Below, one piece after another: positions 50,564 to 62,340 of a stretch of 64,000 bases of DNA (the stretch's first letter is position 1; each line of letters begins with the position of its first letter). The notes beneath the pieces are model-generated. The model ran no database searches. It saw only the letters and a program-made list of their open reading frames with translations, and had not been told where the DNA came from. The DNA is taken from positions 1,364,001 through 1,428,000 of the forward strand of contig NC_043000.1 in the NCBI RefSeq assembly GCF_006345805.1. Direction: 5' to 3'. Origin of the DNA: Octopus sinensis (taxonomy: Eukaryota). The position numbers were made by a program, and so were the translations under genes.

Positions 50564-50956
50564 TAGCAGTATCGCCCGGCGTTGCTCGGGTTTGTAAGGG
50601 AAATAATTATATAAGCATTTTTAGAGATGTAAAGTATAATAGCCATCTCAATATGGCTAACCACAAAGGGGGAGGGGTGTTACTGTAGCTTTTTACGTTC
50701 TGAGATTTAATAATAAATTTTAGAGAGTTACTTCCCTTATATATGTCAAAAATGGATTAAAAATGGGAAAAATTGATGGTAAATTTTTTTTTAATTGTAG
50801 ACTCATCGTAGACGCGCGCTAATACCCAGACGGTCTCGATATGAATCACGACTATAAGATACCCGGTTTTGGTTAAACTGCACCGCAAAATGTGGGAGTA
50901 GTTAGGAATCTAAATCGTAGGAGACAGACACACAACCTCACTTTTATATATAAAGA
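50563..50956 (-). mobile_element. Non-autonomous Helitron (third copy) carrying a ~95-bp foreign insert
   Basis: CTAG at 50563-50566, TC at 50955-50956; insert ~50627-50717 matches the 28.2-28.7 kb repeat. Confidence 0.8.
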
Positions 50957-51120
50957 TTTCCTCTATTTACATAATATTGAGGTCTCTTTCTTTCTTTTGT
51001 TATCTTACTGTTTTTACCATATACATATATATATATATATATAATATATATATATAGTTACAGAGATGTACTTGCATAGCAAGTGACTTGATCTGAGATC
51101 GTGTGCTGGAACGAAAACAG

Positions 51121-51379
51121 TTGCAGCGTTGAAGGTGTTTATAAGCCATTTAAGAAACACACAAAAACCGTTAGATTCACTTCAACATTTAAATTTAATT
51201 TGTCAAAATATTTTCGTCGCTTTGAGACCGCGACCTGTTAGCACGATATTTTTGTCAGTGAACAGGTCGCGGTCTGAAAGCGACGAAAATATTTTGACAA
51301 ATTAAATTTAAATGTTGAAGTGAATGTAACGGTTTTTGTGTGTTTCTTAAATGGCTTACAAACACCTTCCAGGCTGCAA
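51121..51379. repeat. Inverted repeat (~120-bp arms, ~20-nt loop) of a dispersed element also seen at ~19530-19580
   Basis: Arms 51121-51239 / 51261-51379. Confidence 0.85.
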
Positions 51380-51749
51380 TATATATATACACACACATAT
51401 ATATATATGTATGTATGTATGTATGTGTGTATATGTGTATGCATGTATGTGTGTGTGTGTGTGCGTGTCTGTGCTTGTGATTGTCCTCCACCACTGCTTG
51501 ACAACGAATGTTGGTTTGTTTACATCCCTGTCACCTAGTGGTTTGACAAAGGAAACAGATAGAATAAGTACAATGCTTACAAAAATAAAACTGGAGTTGA
51601 TTCATTAAACTACAATTCTTCAAGGCATTGCCCCAGCATGGCCACAGACCAATGGCTGGAAAAAGCAGAAGAATAAAAGAATACCTTCTCTGCTTTGGTC
51701 TTATGTTCAAGGCATGAGAAAGCTTGAGTTTACATGAGAAGGCCTAACA

Positions 51750-52228
51750 GACCTGGTAGAAACAGCAGCGAAATCTCCCTCAAATCACACCTTACTGTCT
51801 TATGTATGTATATATATATGAGCCAATGAGGGGGACCTCTACATGGTAGCTAGACCTGGTAGAAATAGCAGCCAAATTTCCCCCAAATCACACCTTACTG
51901 TCTTATCTATGTATATATGTATGTATGAGCCTATGAGGGAGACCCCTACATGGCAGCTAGACCTGGTAGAAATAGCAGCCAAATTTCCCCCAAATCACAC
52001 CTTACTGTCTTATCTATGTATATATGTATGTATGAGCCTATGAGGGAGACCCCTACATGGCAGCTAGACCTGGTAGAAATAGCAGCCAAATTTCCCCCAA
52101 ATCACACCTTACTGTCTTATCTATGTATATATGTATGTATGAGCCTATGAGGGAGACCCCTACATGGCAGCTAGACATGGTAGAAATAGCAGCCAAATCT
52201 CCCTCAAATCACACCTTACTGTCTTATC
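51750..52228 (+). repeat. 107-bp tandem repeat, ~4.5 copies
   Basis: Units start at 51750, 51853, 51960, 52067, 52174; middle copies identical. Confidence 0.92.
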
Positions 52229-52739
52229 TTTCTGCTACTTGGATATAGGTGTTATATTCGTCGTAAAAAACTTTCCTGTCACACACTCACGCACACGCAC
52301 ACACACACACACACGCACCCTCACACACACACACACACGCGCACACCCACACACACCCACTCACACATACACACGCACGTTAGCTTACAATTTTATTTAT
52401 ATATTTGCGTGTCTATGTGTTGAAAGAGGAAGTGGGAGGCAGAGTGAAAGAATCACTCACTACAGTAAGTGAATTACTTTCATTTTATTCGTTGCCCACT
52501 GTGTGTGTGCGTTTGCGTGTGCTGTAAACCAGACTAAGAAAAGCATTTGACACACACACCAGAATGTGAGTTTTCTGTAAATTTTGCTTAATTGGAGTTT
52601 AAATTTTAAAAACTGGACCTGGCATGATGCGATGCATTGTACTCTTAAAAATGCAAGGTAAATTGTAATTGAAGAAATCCTATGTTGTAGATTTGTATAA
52701 CTCCCAAAGGGAGGCAGATAAAATCTGCCTTTTATAATA

Positions 52740-52790
<51 letters not shown>

Positions 52791-52807
52791 ATAATATATA
52801 TATATAT

Positions 52808-54129
52808 AAACACTGAAAATGTGTAGAGAACAGCTTCTGTCACATTCCAGGAAGGAAAACTACAAGTAGTTGATAGCTTCCGTTACCTTGGGGACCAAGT
52901 CAGTAGCGGAGTGGATGCTCTGAAAGTGTAGCTGCTAGAATAAGAATAGCCTGGGCAAATTTCAGAGAGCTCCAACCTCTGCTGGTGACAAAGGGCCTCT
53001 CACTCAGACTGTATGATGCATGTGTATGAACAGCCATGCTACATGGCAGCAAAACATGGGCCTTGACTGCTGAGGACATGCGTAAGCTTGCAAGGAATCA
53101 AAGCAGTATGCTCCGCTGGATGTGTAATGTCAGTGTGCATACACAACAGAGTGTAAGTGCCCTGAGAGAAAAGTTGGATTTAAGAAGCTTCAGATGTGGT
53201 GTGCAAGAGAGATGACTGCGTTGGTATGGCCATGTGTTGCGAATGAATGAGGACAGCTATGTGTAAAAGTGTCACACTCTAGCATTTGAGGGAACCTGTG
53301 GAAGAAGTAGATCCAGGAAAACCTGGGATGAGATGGTGAAGCACGACCTTCGAACATTGGGCCTTACCGAGGCAATGACTAGTGACCGAAACCTTTGGAG
53401 ATATGCTGTGCTTGAGAAGATCCGATAAGCCAAGTGAGACCATAGCCAATGGCCTATGTCAGTGGGGGTAACCAGCCCATTTATGAATACCCCTCATTCA
53501 TTGGACAATAAACCTTGCTTGTGAAGATCTATTGAGGCAAGTGAAATCAAAATTGCTGATGTGGCTGACGACAGTACTGCCTGATTGGCACTCATGCCAG
53601 TGGAATGTTAAAAGCACATCCGATTGTGGGGTGTAACTAGCCCACTTATGAGTACCCCTCATTCATTGGACAATGAACTTTGCTTATGAAGACCTATTGA
53701 GGCAAGGGAAATCAAAATCAAAATCGCTGACGTGGCTGATGACAGTACTGTCTGATTGGCACTTGTGCCAGTAGAACATTAAAAGTACATCTGAGCATGA
53801 TCGTTGCCAGGGTCACGGATTGGGTCCCATGCCAGTGGCACGTAAAAAGCACCATTCGAGCATGATCGTTGCCAGCGCCACCTTACCAGCACATGAAAAA
53901 CAGCATTTGAGCATGGTCATTGCCAGAACTGCCTGACTGGCACGTAAAAGCACCCACTACAATCTCGGAGTGGTCAGCATTAGGAAGAGCATCCAGCAGT
54001 AGAACCTTTGCTAGATCAGATTGAGCCTGGTGCAGCCTTCTGGCTCACCAGTCCTCAGTCAAACCATCCAACGCATGCCAGTATGGAAAGTGGTCGTTAA
54101 ACGATGACGACAATGATGATGATGATGAT
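52808..54129 (+). mobile_element. 5'-truncated RTE-clade LINE (decayed ORF end + VNTR-bearing 3' UTR + (GAT)n tail)
   Basis: VVDSFRYLGD, ARIRIAW, LRWYGHVLRM, RKTWDE..K.DL...GL; 3' end GTTAGGAAGGGCATCCAG...GTTAAACGATGATG. Confidence 0.85.
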
Positions 54130-54839
54130 ATATATATATATATTTTTATATATATATATATTTTTATATATGTATATATTTTTATATATATATATTTTTT
54201 TATGTATATTTTTATGGCACGTAAAAGCACCATCCGTTCGTGTCCGTTGCCAGCATCGCCTGGTCCTGTGCCGGTGATACGTAAAAGCACCATCCGTTCG
54301 TGGCCGTTTACCAGCTCTGTCTAGCACCTGTGCAGGTGGCACGTAAAAAGCACCCACTACACTCACGGAGTGGTTGGCGTTAGGAAGGGCATCCAGCTGT
54401 AGAAATACTGCCAGATCTGACTGGGTCTGATGAAGCCTTCTGGCTTCCCAGACCCCAGTTGAACCGTCCAACTTATGCTAGCATGGAAAGCGGACGTTAA
54501 ACGAAGATGATGATGATGATGATGATTTTTATATATCATCATTATTATCATTTAACATCCATTTTCCATGCTCATAGGTGTTGGATGTTTTGAGAGAAGC
54601 TAGCAAAGCAGAAGACTGCACTAAATTCTATTGCCTGCTTTGGTATGGTTTCTACATATATACACAGAAAAAGTATATATATATCCTAAACATTACCATC
54701 CCCAATGTTTTAATGTCCACTTTCCGATGCTTGCAAGTGTCAAATCAAATTCACTGAGGCAGATTTTCTATGGCTGGATGCACTTCCTGTCACCAACCCT
54801 CACTTTTTCTTAAGGAAAGTAATATTTTCCCGGATTCTT

Positions 54840-55340
54840 CGAACATACATAGACGTACATACATACATGCACACATACATACACACATACATACACACAT
54901 ACATGCACACATACATACACACATACATGCATACATACATGCACACATATATACACACATACATGCACACATACATACACACATATGTACACACATATAT
55001 ACACACATACATGCACACATACATACATACATGCACACATACATGCACACATATGTACATACATACATGCACACATGCATGTACACATACATACACACAT
55101 ACATACATACATACATACACACATACATACATACATGCACACATACATGCACACATACATGCACACATACATGCACACACACACACACACACATACACAC
55201 ATACATGCACACATACATACATGCACACATACATACATGCACACATACATACATGCACACATACATACATGCACACATACATACATGCACACATACACAC
55301 ACACACACATACACACACATACATACATACATACATACAT

Positions 55341-55377
<37 letters not shown>

Positions 55378-55510
55378 TACACACATACATACATACATAC
55401 ACACATACATACATACATACACACATACATACATACATACACACATACATACATACATACATACACACATACACACATACATACATACATACACACATAC
55501 ATACATACTG
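54840..55510. repeat. (CATA/CACA)n compound microsatellite; other large simple repeats ~3840-4300 (AT), 6120-6415 (CA), 17820-18045, 19640-20100, 20215-20305
   Basis: Direct inspection. Confidence 0.95.
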
Positions 55511-55605
55511 ATCATATTTACTCTCACCCATATACATGTACACATGTACTTTTGTATATTAAGACATTCTGTTTATGATATTTTATGTGTATTTCTCTGC
55601 CCCAG

Positions 55606-55726
55606 GATGTTAAAGAGTGTAAGACACAACACATCCAAGTTCAATATCCCTGTTGAAAAACTTCGTCCATTCGAGAAATTGATGCTGACCCAAGAGGGAC
55701 AGTTATTTGATGGTTACATATTCTTG
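55606..55726 (+). CDS. WASHC4: WASHC4 exon 8 ([40 protein letters not shown])
   Basis: Acceptor ctctgccccag, donor GTCAGT at 55727, 121 nt; also visible in the tail of ORF 54770..55771. Confidence 0.93.
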
Positions 55727-55769
55727 GTCAGTATGATATTGTTATTATTATTGTTATTACTATTATTGT

Positions 55770-56120
55770 GAAGGCGCATGGCTCAGTGGTTAGAGCGTCG
55801 AGCTTACGATCGTGAGGTTGTGAGCTCGAATCCCGGACCGGGCTGCGTGTTGTGTTCTTGAGCAAGGCACTTTATTTCACGTTGCTCCAGTTCACTCAGC
55901 TGTAGAAATGAGTTGCGACGTCACTGGTGCCAAGCTGTATTGGCCCCTTTGTCTTTCCCTTGGATAACACTGGTGGCGTGGAGAGGGGAGGCTGGTATGC
56001 ATGGGCGACTGCTGGTCTTCCATAAACAACCTTGCCCGGACTTGTGTCTAGGAGGGTAACTTTCTAGGTGCAGTCCCATGGTCATTCATGACCGAAGGGG
56101 GTCTTTACCCTTTTTACCCT
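55770..56120 (+). mobile_element. tRNA-derived CORE-type SINE-D (single copy)
   Basis: TGGCTCAGTGGTTAGAGC box A, GAGCTCGAATCC box B, CTTGAGCAAGGCACTTTA..CCAGTTCACTCAGCTGT core-like block. Confidence 0.65.
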
Positions 56121-59100
56121 TACTATTATTGTTTAGGTTAATGGATTGGCAAAATTATTTGAATTTTGGAAAAAATTGTTATGTAATATTTGTTCTCAAC
56201 TCTTTATATTCTGAAAGCGAATCCCACTGAAGCCAACTTTGCTTTCCAAATTTTTAAGGGTCAATAAAATAGACTACCAGTCAAATACTGGGGTCAGAGT
56301 TATTGACTAACCTCCTCCCAACAAATTTCTGGCCTCATACCAATATTGGAAACAATTATTATTATTATTATTATTATTTGCCTTACTGGTACATGAAAAA
56401 ACATTCGAGCGAGGTTGTTGCCAGTGCCACTGGACTGGTCCTCTGCAGGTGGCACATAAAAAGCACCATTTGAGCAAGGCCATTGCCAGTACCACCTGAC
56501 TGGCCCTCGTGCTGGTGGCATGTAAAAGCACCCATTACATTCTGAGTGGTTGGCGTTAGGAAGGGCATCCAGCTGTAGAAACTCTTCCAGATCAGATTAG
56601 AGTCTGGTGTAGCCGCAGTCAAATTGTCCAACCCATGCTAGCATGGAAAGCAGACGTTAATCGATGATGATGATTGTGCGGCAAGCTGGCAGAATCATTA
56701 TCTGAGTTCAAATTCCGCCTTTCATCCTTTCAGGGTTGATAAAATAAGCATCATTTGAGCACTAGGGTCAATGTAATTGATTAGAATTATAATTCTTGTT
56801 GTTTGTAAAGGGTAGAAACTCTACCAGTGTAAAGGTTTTTGGTTTATATTTTTTCACCAACTGTGCACGAGACTATGTCTATGACCTTGACCCTTCATTC
56901 TTAAATGATCCAGTCTACCTGGCCATGAATAGGTCCTACAGTGGCAACACTATACAGGGGACAAACATATAAGTTAACCTTGCAGTTCTGAGTTCAACTT
57001 TACCAACATGTGCAGGGAATTCTCTTAAGCATTTAATCCAACCCAAATATTCTACCTGTTTAAAACTGACCACATCCAACCTCTCACTCCTACCCTATAA
57101 TGTCATTTTAAAAATATACAAACGCACCATTGAAATCTTGAAACTACAAGATAATGTGCGATTAATTTAAAACAATGCGCAGGAGTGGCTGTGTGGTAAG
57201 TAGCTCGCTAATCAACCACATGGTTCAGGGTTCAGTCCCACTGCGTGGCATCTTCGGCAAGTGTCTTCTGCTATAGCCTCGGGCCGACCAATGCCTTGTG
57301 AGTGGATTTGGTAGATGGAAACTGAAAGAAGCCCGTCGTATATATGTAGATATATATGTGTGTGTGTGTGTTTGTGTCTGTGTTTGTCCCCCTAGCATTG
57401 CTTGACAACCGATGCTGGTGTGTTTACGTCCCCGTCACTTAGCGGTTCGGCAAAAGAGACCGATAGAATAAGTACTGGCGGTGCTCCAGCATGGCCGCAG
57501 TCAAATGACTGAAACAAGTAAAAGAGTAAAAAAGAGAAAAAGAGAGTAATGTAAATAAATAAGGCGGCGAGCTGACAGAAGCATCGGCACGCCAGGCGAA
57601 ATGCTTAGCGGTATTTCGTCTGAGTTCAAATTCCGCCGAGGTCGACTTTGCCTTTCATCCTTTCAAGGTTGATAAATTAAGTACCAGTTACGCACAGGGT
57701 CGATGTATTCGACTTAATTCCTTTGTCTGTCCTTGTTTGTCCCCTCTATGTTTAGCCCCTTGTAGGCAATAAAGAAATAGCAATGTGAATAAATAAGCAA
57801 TACATTTGACAAAGAAATCTGAATCCGAAATGTTTAAAGAAGAGTTTCGTAATTGCCTCAGTCCATCTCTCTGTTCTGGCTAAACTCTGGACTATATGAT
57901 AGCGATGGTGTGTGTACGATCTCACCATTAGTGAGACACCTTCCCAAGTCTTTAGCCCTTTCGTTACTGTATTTCTGTTGAAATGCCCTTTTTTTTCTTT
58001 CAATTACTTTAAGTATAACAAAGAATTTAGTAAAATAACTTGGTTATCATTAAGCTAGTGTTAGGAACATAAATTGTGACTAAGGTTTGATGGAAGATTT
58101 TAATTCAAAACTTATGAAAACAAGACATTTCTACTCAAACCCAGAGCCAGTTTCAGCTGGGTTGGTAACGAAAGGGTTAAATATAGTGATGACAATGTTG
58201 TCACATGACCTAGCACAGTTGTGGAGTTGACTGTGGTATAGTGCCATTGTGGGTCATAGCACAGCAGTGGATTGGAACATAGCCTGGTGTAGTAAGGGAT
58301 ATAGCACATAAGTGGTGTGAGACCTCATACACTGCCTCTTTGGAACATAGCCTAGTGGTATTTAGGATATAAGTCAGTAATGACATCTTGTGGTATACAG
58401 TAATACAATAGCAGTGTAATATGATGTATAGTACAGTGATGATGTGATTTTAGTAGTATATTACACTACATACAGACCTATTTGCAATTTTTAGTTATAT
58501 ACAGGCTGGCCTGCTTAATATTTATTTACCAGAGCAGCTGTCTGGCTTCTGTGCCAGTGGCTCATCAAAAGCACCATTTGAGCGTGATCGTTACCAGTGT
58601 CGCCTTACTGGCACTTGTACCAGTGGCACATGAACAAAACATTTGAGCGAGGTCGTTGGCAGTGCCACTGGACCGACTCCTGTGCAGGTGGCATGTAAAA
58701 AACACCATTTGGAGTGTGGCTGTTGCCATTACCGCCTGACTGGCGCTCGTGCAGGTGGTACATAAAAGCACCCACTACACTCTCGGAGTGGTTGGCATTA
58801 GGAAGGGCATCCAGCTGTAGAAACTCTGCCAAATCAAGATTGGAGCCTGGCGCAGCCATCTGGTTCGCCAGGCCTCAGTCAAATTGTCCAACCCATGCTA
58901 GCATGGAAAGCGGATGTTAAATGATGATGAGGATAATGATGGTGATGCAATGAGTGAAAGAATGTCAGCCACTGTACCTGCTGGAACAACTTCAGAATAA
59001 ATTCTATTCTGTAGTTATGGATGTGTGGTTAAGAAGTTTGCTTCCCATCCACGTGGTTTCAGGTTCAGTTCCACTTTGTGGCACCTTGGGCAGGTGTTTC

Positions 59101-59315
59101 TGACTGTGACCCAGGACTAACCAAAAGCTTTGTGAGTGGATTTGGTAGGTGGAAACTGTAAAAAGCTCATCATCTGTATATAAATATATATGCCTGTGTG
59201 TATATGAGCACCTCCTCATCTTGATATCACTTGATGGTAGTAAAGAATACTGTGTTGAATGGTAGTGTGACACGTAGCAGAGTGATGGTTCTTCATAAAT
59301 GGTCTGTTATATATA

Positions 59316-59816
59316 CCGTAAATCCTCGAGTATAATCTGCATTTTTTTCCCAAAATTTAAAGGTCATAATCCTTAGTGCATACTATATACGAGGTTAAAA
59401 ATGAAAATTATTTTCTAAGCAATGTCCGAGTCTCGGACAATGTTTATTCAGACGCATTTTGTGATATCAGGCTTGAAAATACCTAAAGCTAAGCCTGAAA
59501 GCAATGAAGTCATAAAAGAATCAGCCATAACTTGCAATAAGCAACATTTATTAAACGTTATTACTGTTATTTCTTTATTTTCTGCAAACAAAATGCACAA
59601 AAAAGCTACACGTTTGCATTATGTTATATGTACAATGGTATTAAAGGATGTTACCGTCTACGTTTTTACAAACCAAGGACGTTATATAGACTTCCTTGAC
59701 TCAAGTTAGAGAAAGGGTGCGTATTATACACAAGGTTTAGTTTTTTCAGAGATATAAACCCCTAAAAATCCACTGCGTATTATACTCAAGGGCAGACTAT
59801 ATTCGAGGATTTATGG
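59316..59816. mobile_element. Tc1/pogo-type MITE
   Basis: TA|CCGTAAATCCTCGAGTATA ... TATATTCGAGGATTTATGG imperfect TIRs. Confidence 0.75.
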
Positions 59817-59882
59817 TCATCTATATTAGTATTGGTCTATTATTCAAGACAGTTTATCTTATAACTGCTTTATTATTTACAG

Positions 59883-60003
59883 AATTGTGTGGAACAAATT
59901 TTTGATGATCCTAATATTGTATTAGTCTCAAAAAGTACAACCTTTGCAGAGGAATTTATATTCAATATCCGTGAAATTCTTACCCAACTAGAATCAAAGA
60001 TCG
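59883..60003 (+). CDS. WASHC4: WASHC4 exon 9 (NCVEQIFDDPNIVLVSKSTTFAEEFIFNIREILTQLESKI)
   Basis: Acceptor tatttacag, donor GTAAGT at 60004, 121 nt. Confidence 0.93.
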
Positions 60004-60504
60004 GTAAGTATATATTTTTTCCTTAATATACTATTGTTGTTTTGATTAGTATTTTATATCTGTGATGCTGGTGCCATGTAAAAAGCACTGGTACTAATAA
60101 GTACTATTTATAAAGCACAGATGATGGTACCCTATAAATAGCACCCAGTACACTCTGTAAAGTGGTTGGCATTAGGAATGGCATCCAGCTCTAGAAACAA
60201 AGTCAGTACAGACTATGGAACTTGGTGTGGCCCTTGACCATACCAGCTCCTGTCAAACCATCCAACACATGCCAGCATGGAAAACGGATGTTAAATGATG
60301 ATGATGATGATGATGGTGGTGGTGATGGTGATGATGATGATGATTTTGATGATGATGATGATGATGATGATGTTGGTTTTGTTGAGGGTGTTGTTGCTAT
60401 CATTGTGTAGTCTAGACTTGCCTCTCATTGGACAAGCCTATTGCACACAGTTAGTTGACCAGGTGATTAGGTGCAACACATAGAGCTATTGTTTCATATT
60501 ATTT

Positions 60505-60800
60505 TTTATTCATGCACCCTTTTTCAAGCCTAGCCAGGCTCATGGGCCCGGTTTCCCGGTTTCTATGGCATATGTGCTTCCCCCACCCACCCCAACTGGA
60601 TGGGATGCCAGTCCATCACAGCATTACTCAAGAAACAGGAAGAGAGAGTGAGAGAAAGTTGGGGCGAAAGAGTACAACAGGGGTTGCCACCACCCACTGC
60701 CGGAGGCTCATGGAGCTTTAGGTGTATTCGTTCAATAAACACACTCCACGATCCTCCGATCATGAGTCCGCTGCCCTAACCACTGGGCCATTGCACCTCC
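60505..60800 (-). mobile_element. SINE-C head with alternative tail type 2; second copy 63275-63589 (-)
   Basis: Same head; tail RC GATGGACTGGCATCCCATCCAG...GAAACCGGG, resembling V/Meta-type SINE domains as I recall them. Confidence 0.75.
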
Positions 60801-60956
60801 ACATCATTGTTTCATATATATACATATATATATATATATATTATATTAAATTAGAGATAAAACCACTATTAGGCAAATCAAACAATGAAAGACTTAAGCC
60901 AATACATAAAATTAATTAATTTATATCATTTTAAATATATATCAAAAGTATTAAAA

Positions 60957-60991
<35 letters not shown>

Positions 60992-61057
60992 GGTCCCGGG
61001 TTGAGTCGGGGTTAACCACAGTAAATAAGGTACTCAATACATTGCAGAGTAAATTAA

Positions 61058-61187
61058 TTTATTTTATAGAAGGAGCTTCTACAGGACTAGTACTGTTTCA
61101 TTTAAATGAAATCATCAGGAAGCTTCCTGATGATTTCATTTGAATGAAACAGTACTAGTCCTGTAGAAGCTCCTTCTATAAAATAAA
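61058..61187. repeat. 130-bp palindrome (one mismatch) built from a hammerhead-like motif (family H6)
   Basis: Centre GGAAG|CTTCC at 61122/61123; CTGATGA 61127-61133, GAAA 61146-61149, GTC 61158-61160. Confidence 0.8.
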
Positions 61188-61925
61188 AATATATATATAT
61201 ATATGTATATATATACCATGCTTCTGTCTGGGTGAGTACCATTCTGCACACTCTTATCTGTTGTGGATACTTGTAAGGCATCATGCACTTTTGCAATTTA
61301 GACATGTTTCTCTATCCTCTAACCATTTCATGGATCACACAGTGGAGGCATTTAGCTCCAGGTCAATCCCAATTAAACAAACTTATGATCAAAGCACTCC
61401 ATCCATAGAAACCCAGGGATTTTACCTGTATGCAGATAACCCAGACTACATTATCCAATGTATTTTTTTTAAGACTCTTAAGTATGATTTGAAAGAAATT
61501 TGGCTGATATTTCCAGCAGTTCAAACAACTGCATAGATGTTACCCTTCTTGGCTCTGTGTTGTAGTTGTGATATTTGTTGGATGATTATACATGTAGTTG
61601 CAGAGATTGTGGTAGATGGAGTTTGCTGGTGTTGCAAACTGTGACCTCTCACATATCCAAGTGGTCTTTGAGAGGTACTCCAGGTGGTACTGCTGCTTCT
61701 CTAACTTGAGAGATCACGGCTCTGATAGTAGAGAAGGAGACAACTTTATGCTTTGAGGTGAGGGGTTAAAGTAAGAGAAAAGGGTACAGAACAGAACCAA
61801 GTTTTTTACTGCAAGGGAGCTACACAACTATATGGGCAGTATATTGAGATCTTTTTGAAGCTTGTAGGGTATAATTAGAGTGAGATTAGGCTGCTATTTC
61901 TAGCATGTCAAATGATTACATAAAG

Positions 61926-62073
61926 CAGGTATGGGCAACCTTTCGCAAGATACAGACCACATGAGACTTGGTTCATTATCAGGTGAGCCACACTACTAAT
62001 GCAATTAAAGGTAATTTTTCTGTCAAGTGTGACACTCAGAAAGTCCTGCAGGCTGCAGTTTTGCCCATGACTG
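61926..62073. mobile_element. hAT/Charlie-type MITE
   Basis: CAGGTATGGGCAA ... TTGCCCATGACTG termini; degenerate 8-bp TSD ACATAAAG/CCATAGAG. Confidence 0.6.
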
Positions 62074-62212
62074 CCATAGAGTCTCTCTCAGCCTGCATAC
62101 AAACTTCATTGGTTCTGGTGGTTGTGGTAGAGAAGATTTGTGGTGATGGCTATGATAGTTTTGTTGTTGTTGTTGTTGCTGCTGCTTCAGGAAACGATTA
62201 ATGTTTTTTCAG

Positions 62213-62340
62213 GTGATGTAAAGGAGATGGACCAGCGACATAAATATGTTGGATTATGTGGGCTTTACGTTCTCTACACTCAGATATTTCGTGTGGTTGA
62301 CAAGAAACTTTTTAAAGCAGTTTGGGACGTTTACAAAAAG
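62213..62340 (+). CDS. WASHC4: WASHC4 exon 10 (GDVKEMDQRHKYVGLCGLYVLYTQIFRVVDKKLFKAVWDVYKK)
   Basis: Acceptor gttttttcag, donor GTAAAT at 62341, 128 nt. Confidence 0.94.

Larger units (their letters stand above)
20788..62340 (+). other. WASHC4: WASH complex subunit 4 (SWIP/KIAA1033) gene, coding exons 1-10; 3' part lies beyond the window
   Basis: Ten GT-AG-bounded exons splice into one frame ([36 protein letters not shown]...VWDVYKK). It is collinear with the WASHC4 N-terminus as I recall it ([22 protein letters not shown]; LPYEQ; QIQMGR; ELSCFV; TGVHFQ; EHLG.LLTVL; TFAEEF; DQR.KYVG.CGL). Confidence 0.95.

Noticed and set aside
61220-61860. Possible ancient LINE coding remnant (also 35290-35520)
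   Set aside because: Too degraded to assign by eye
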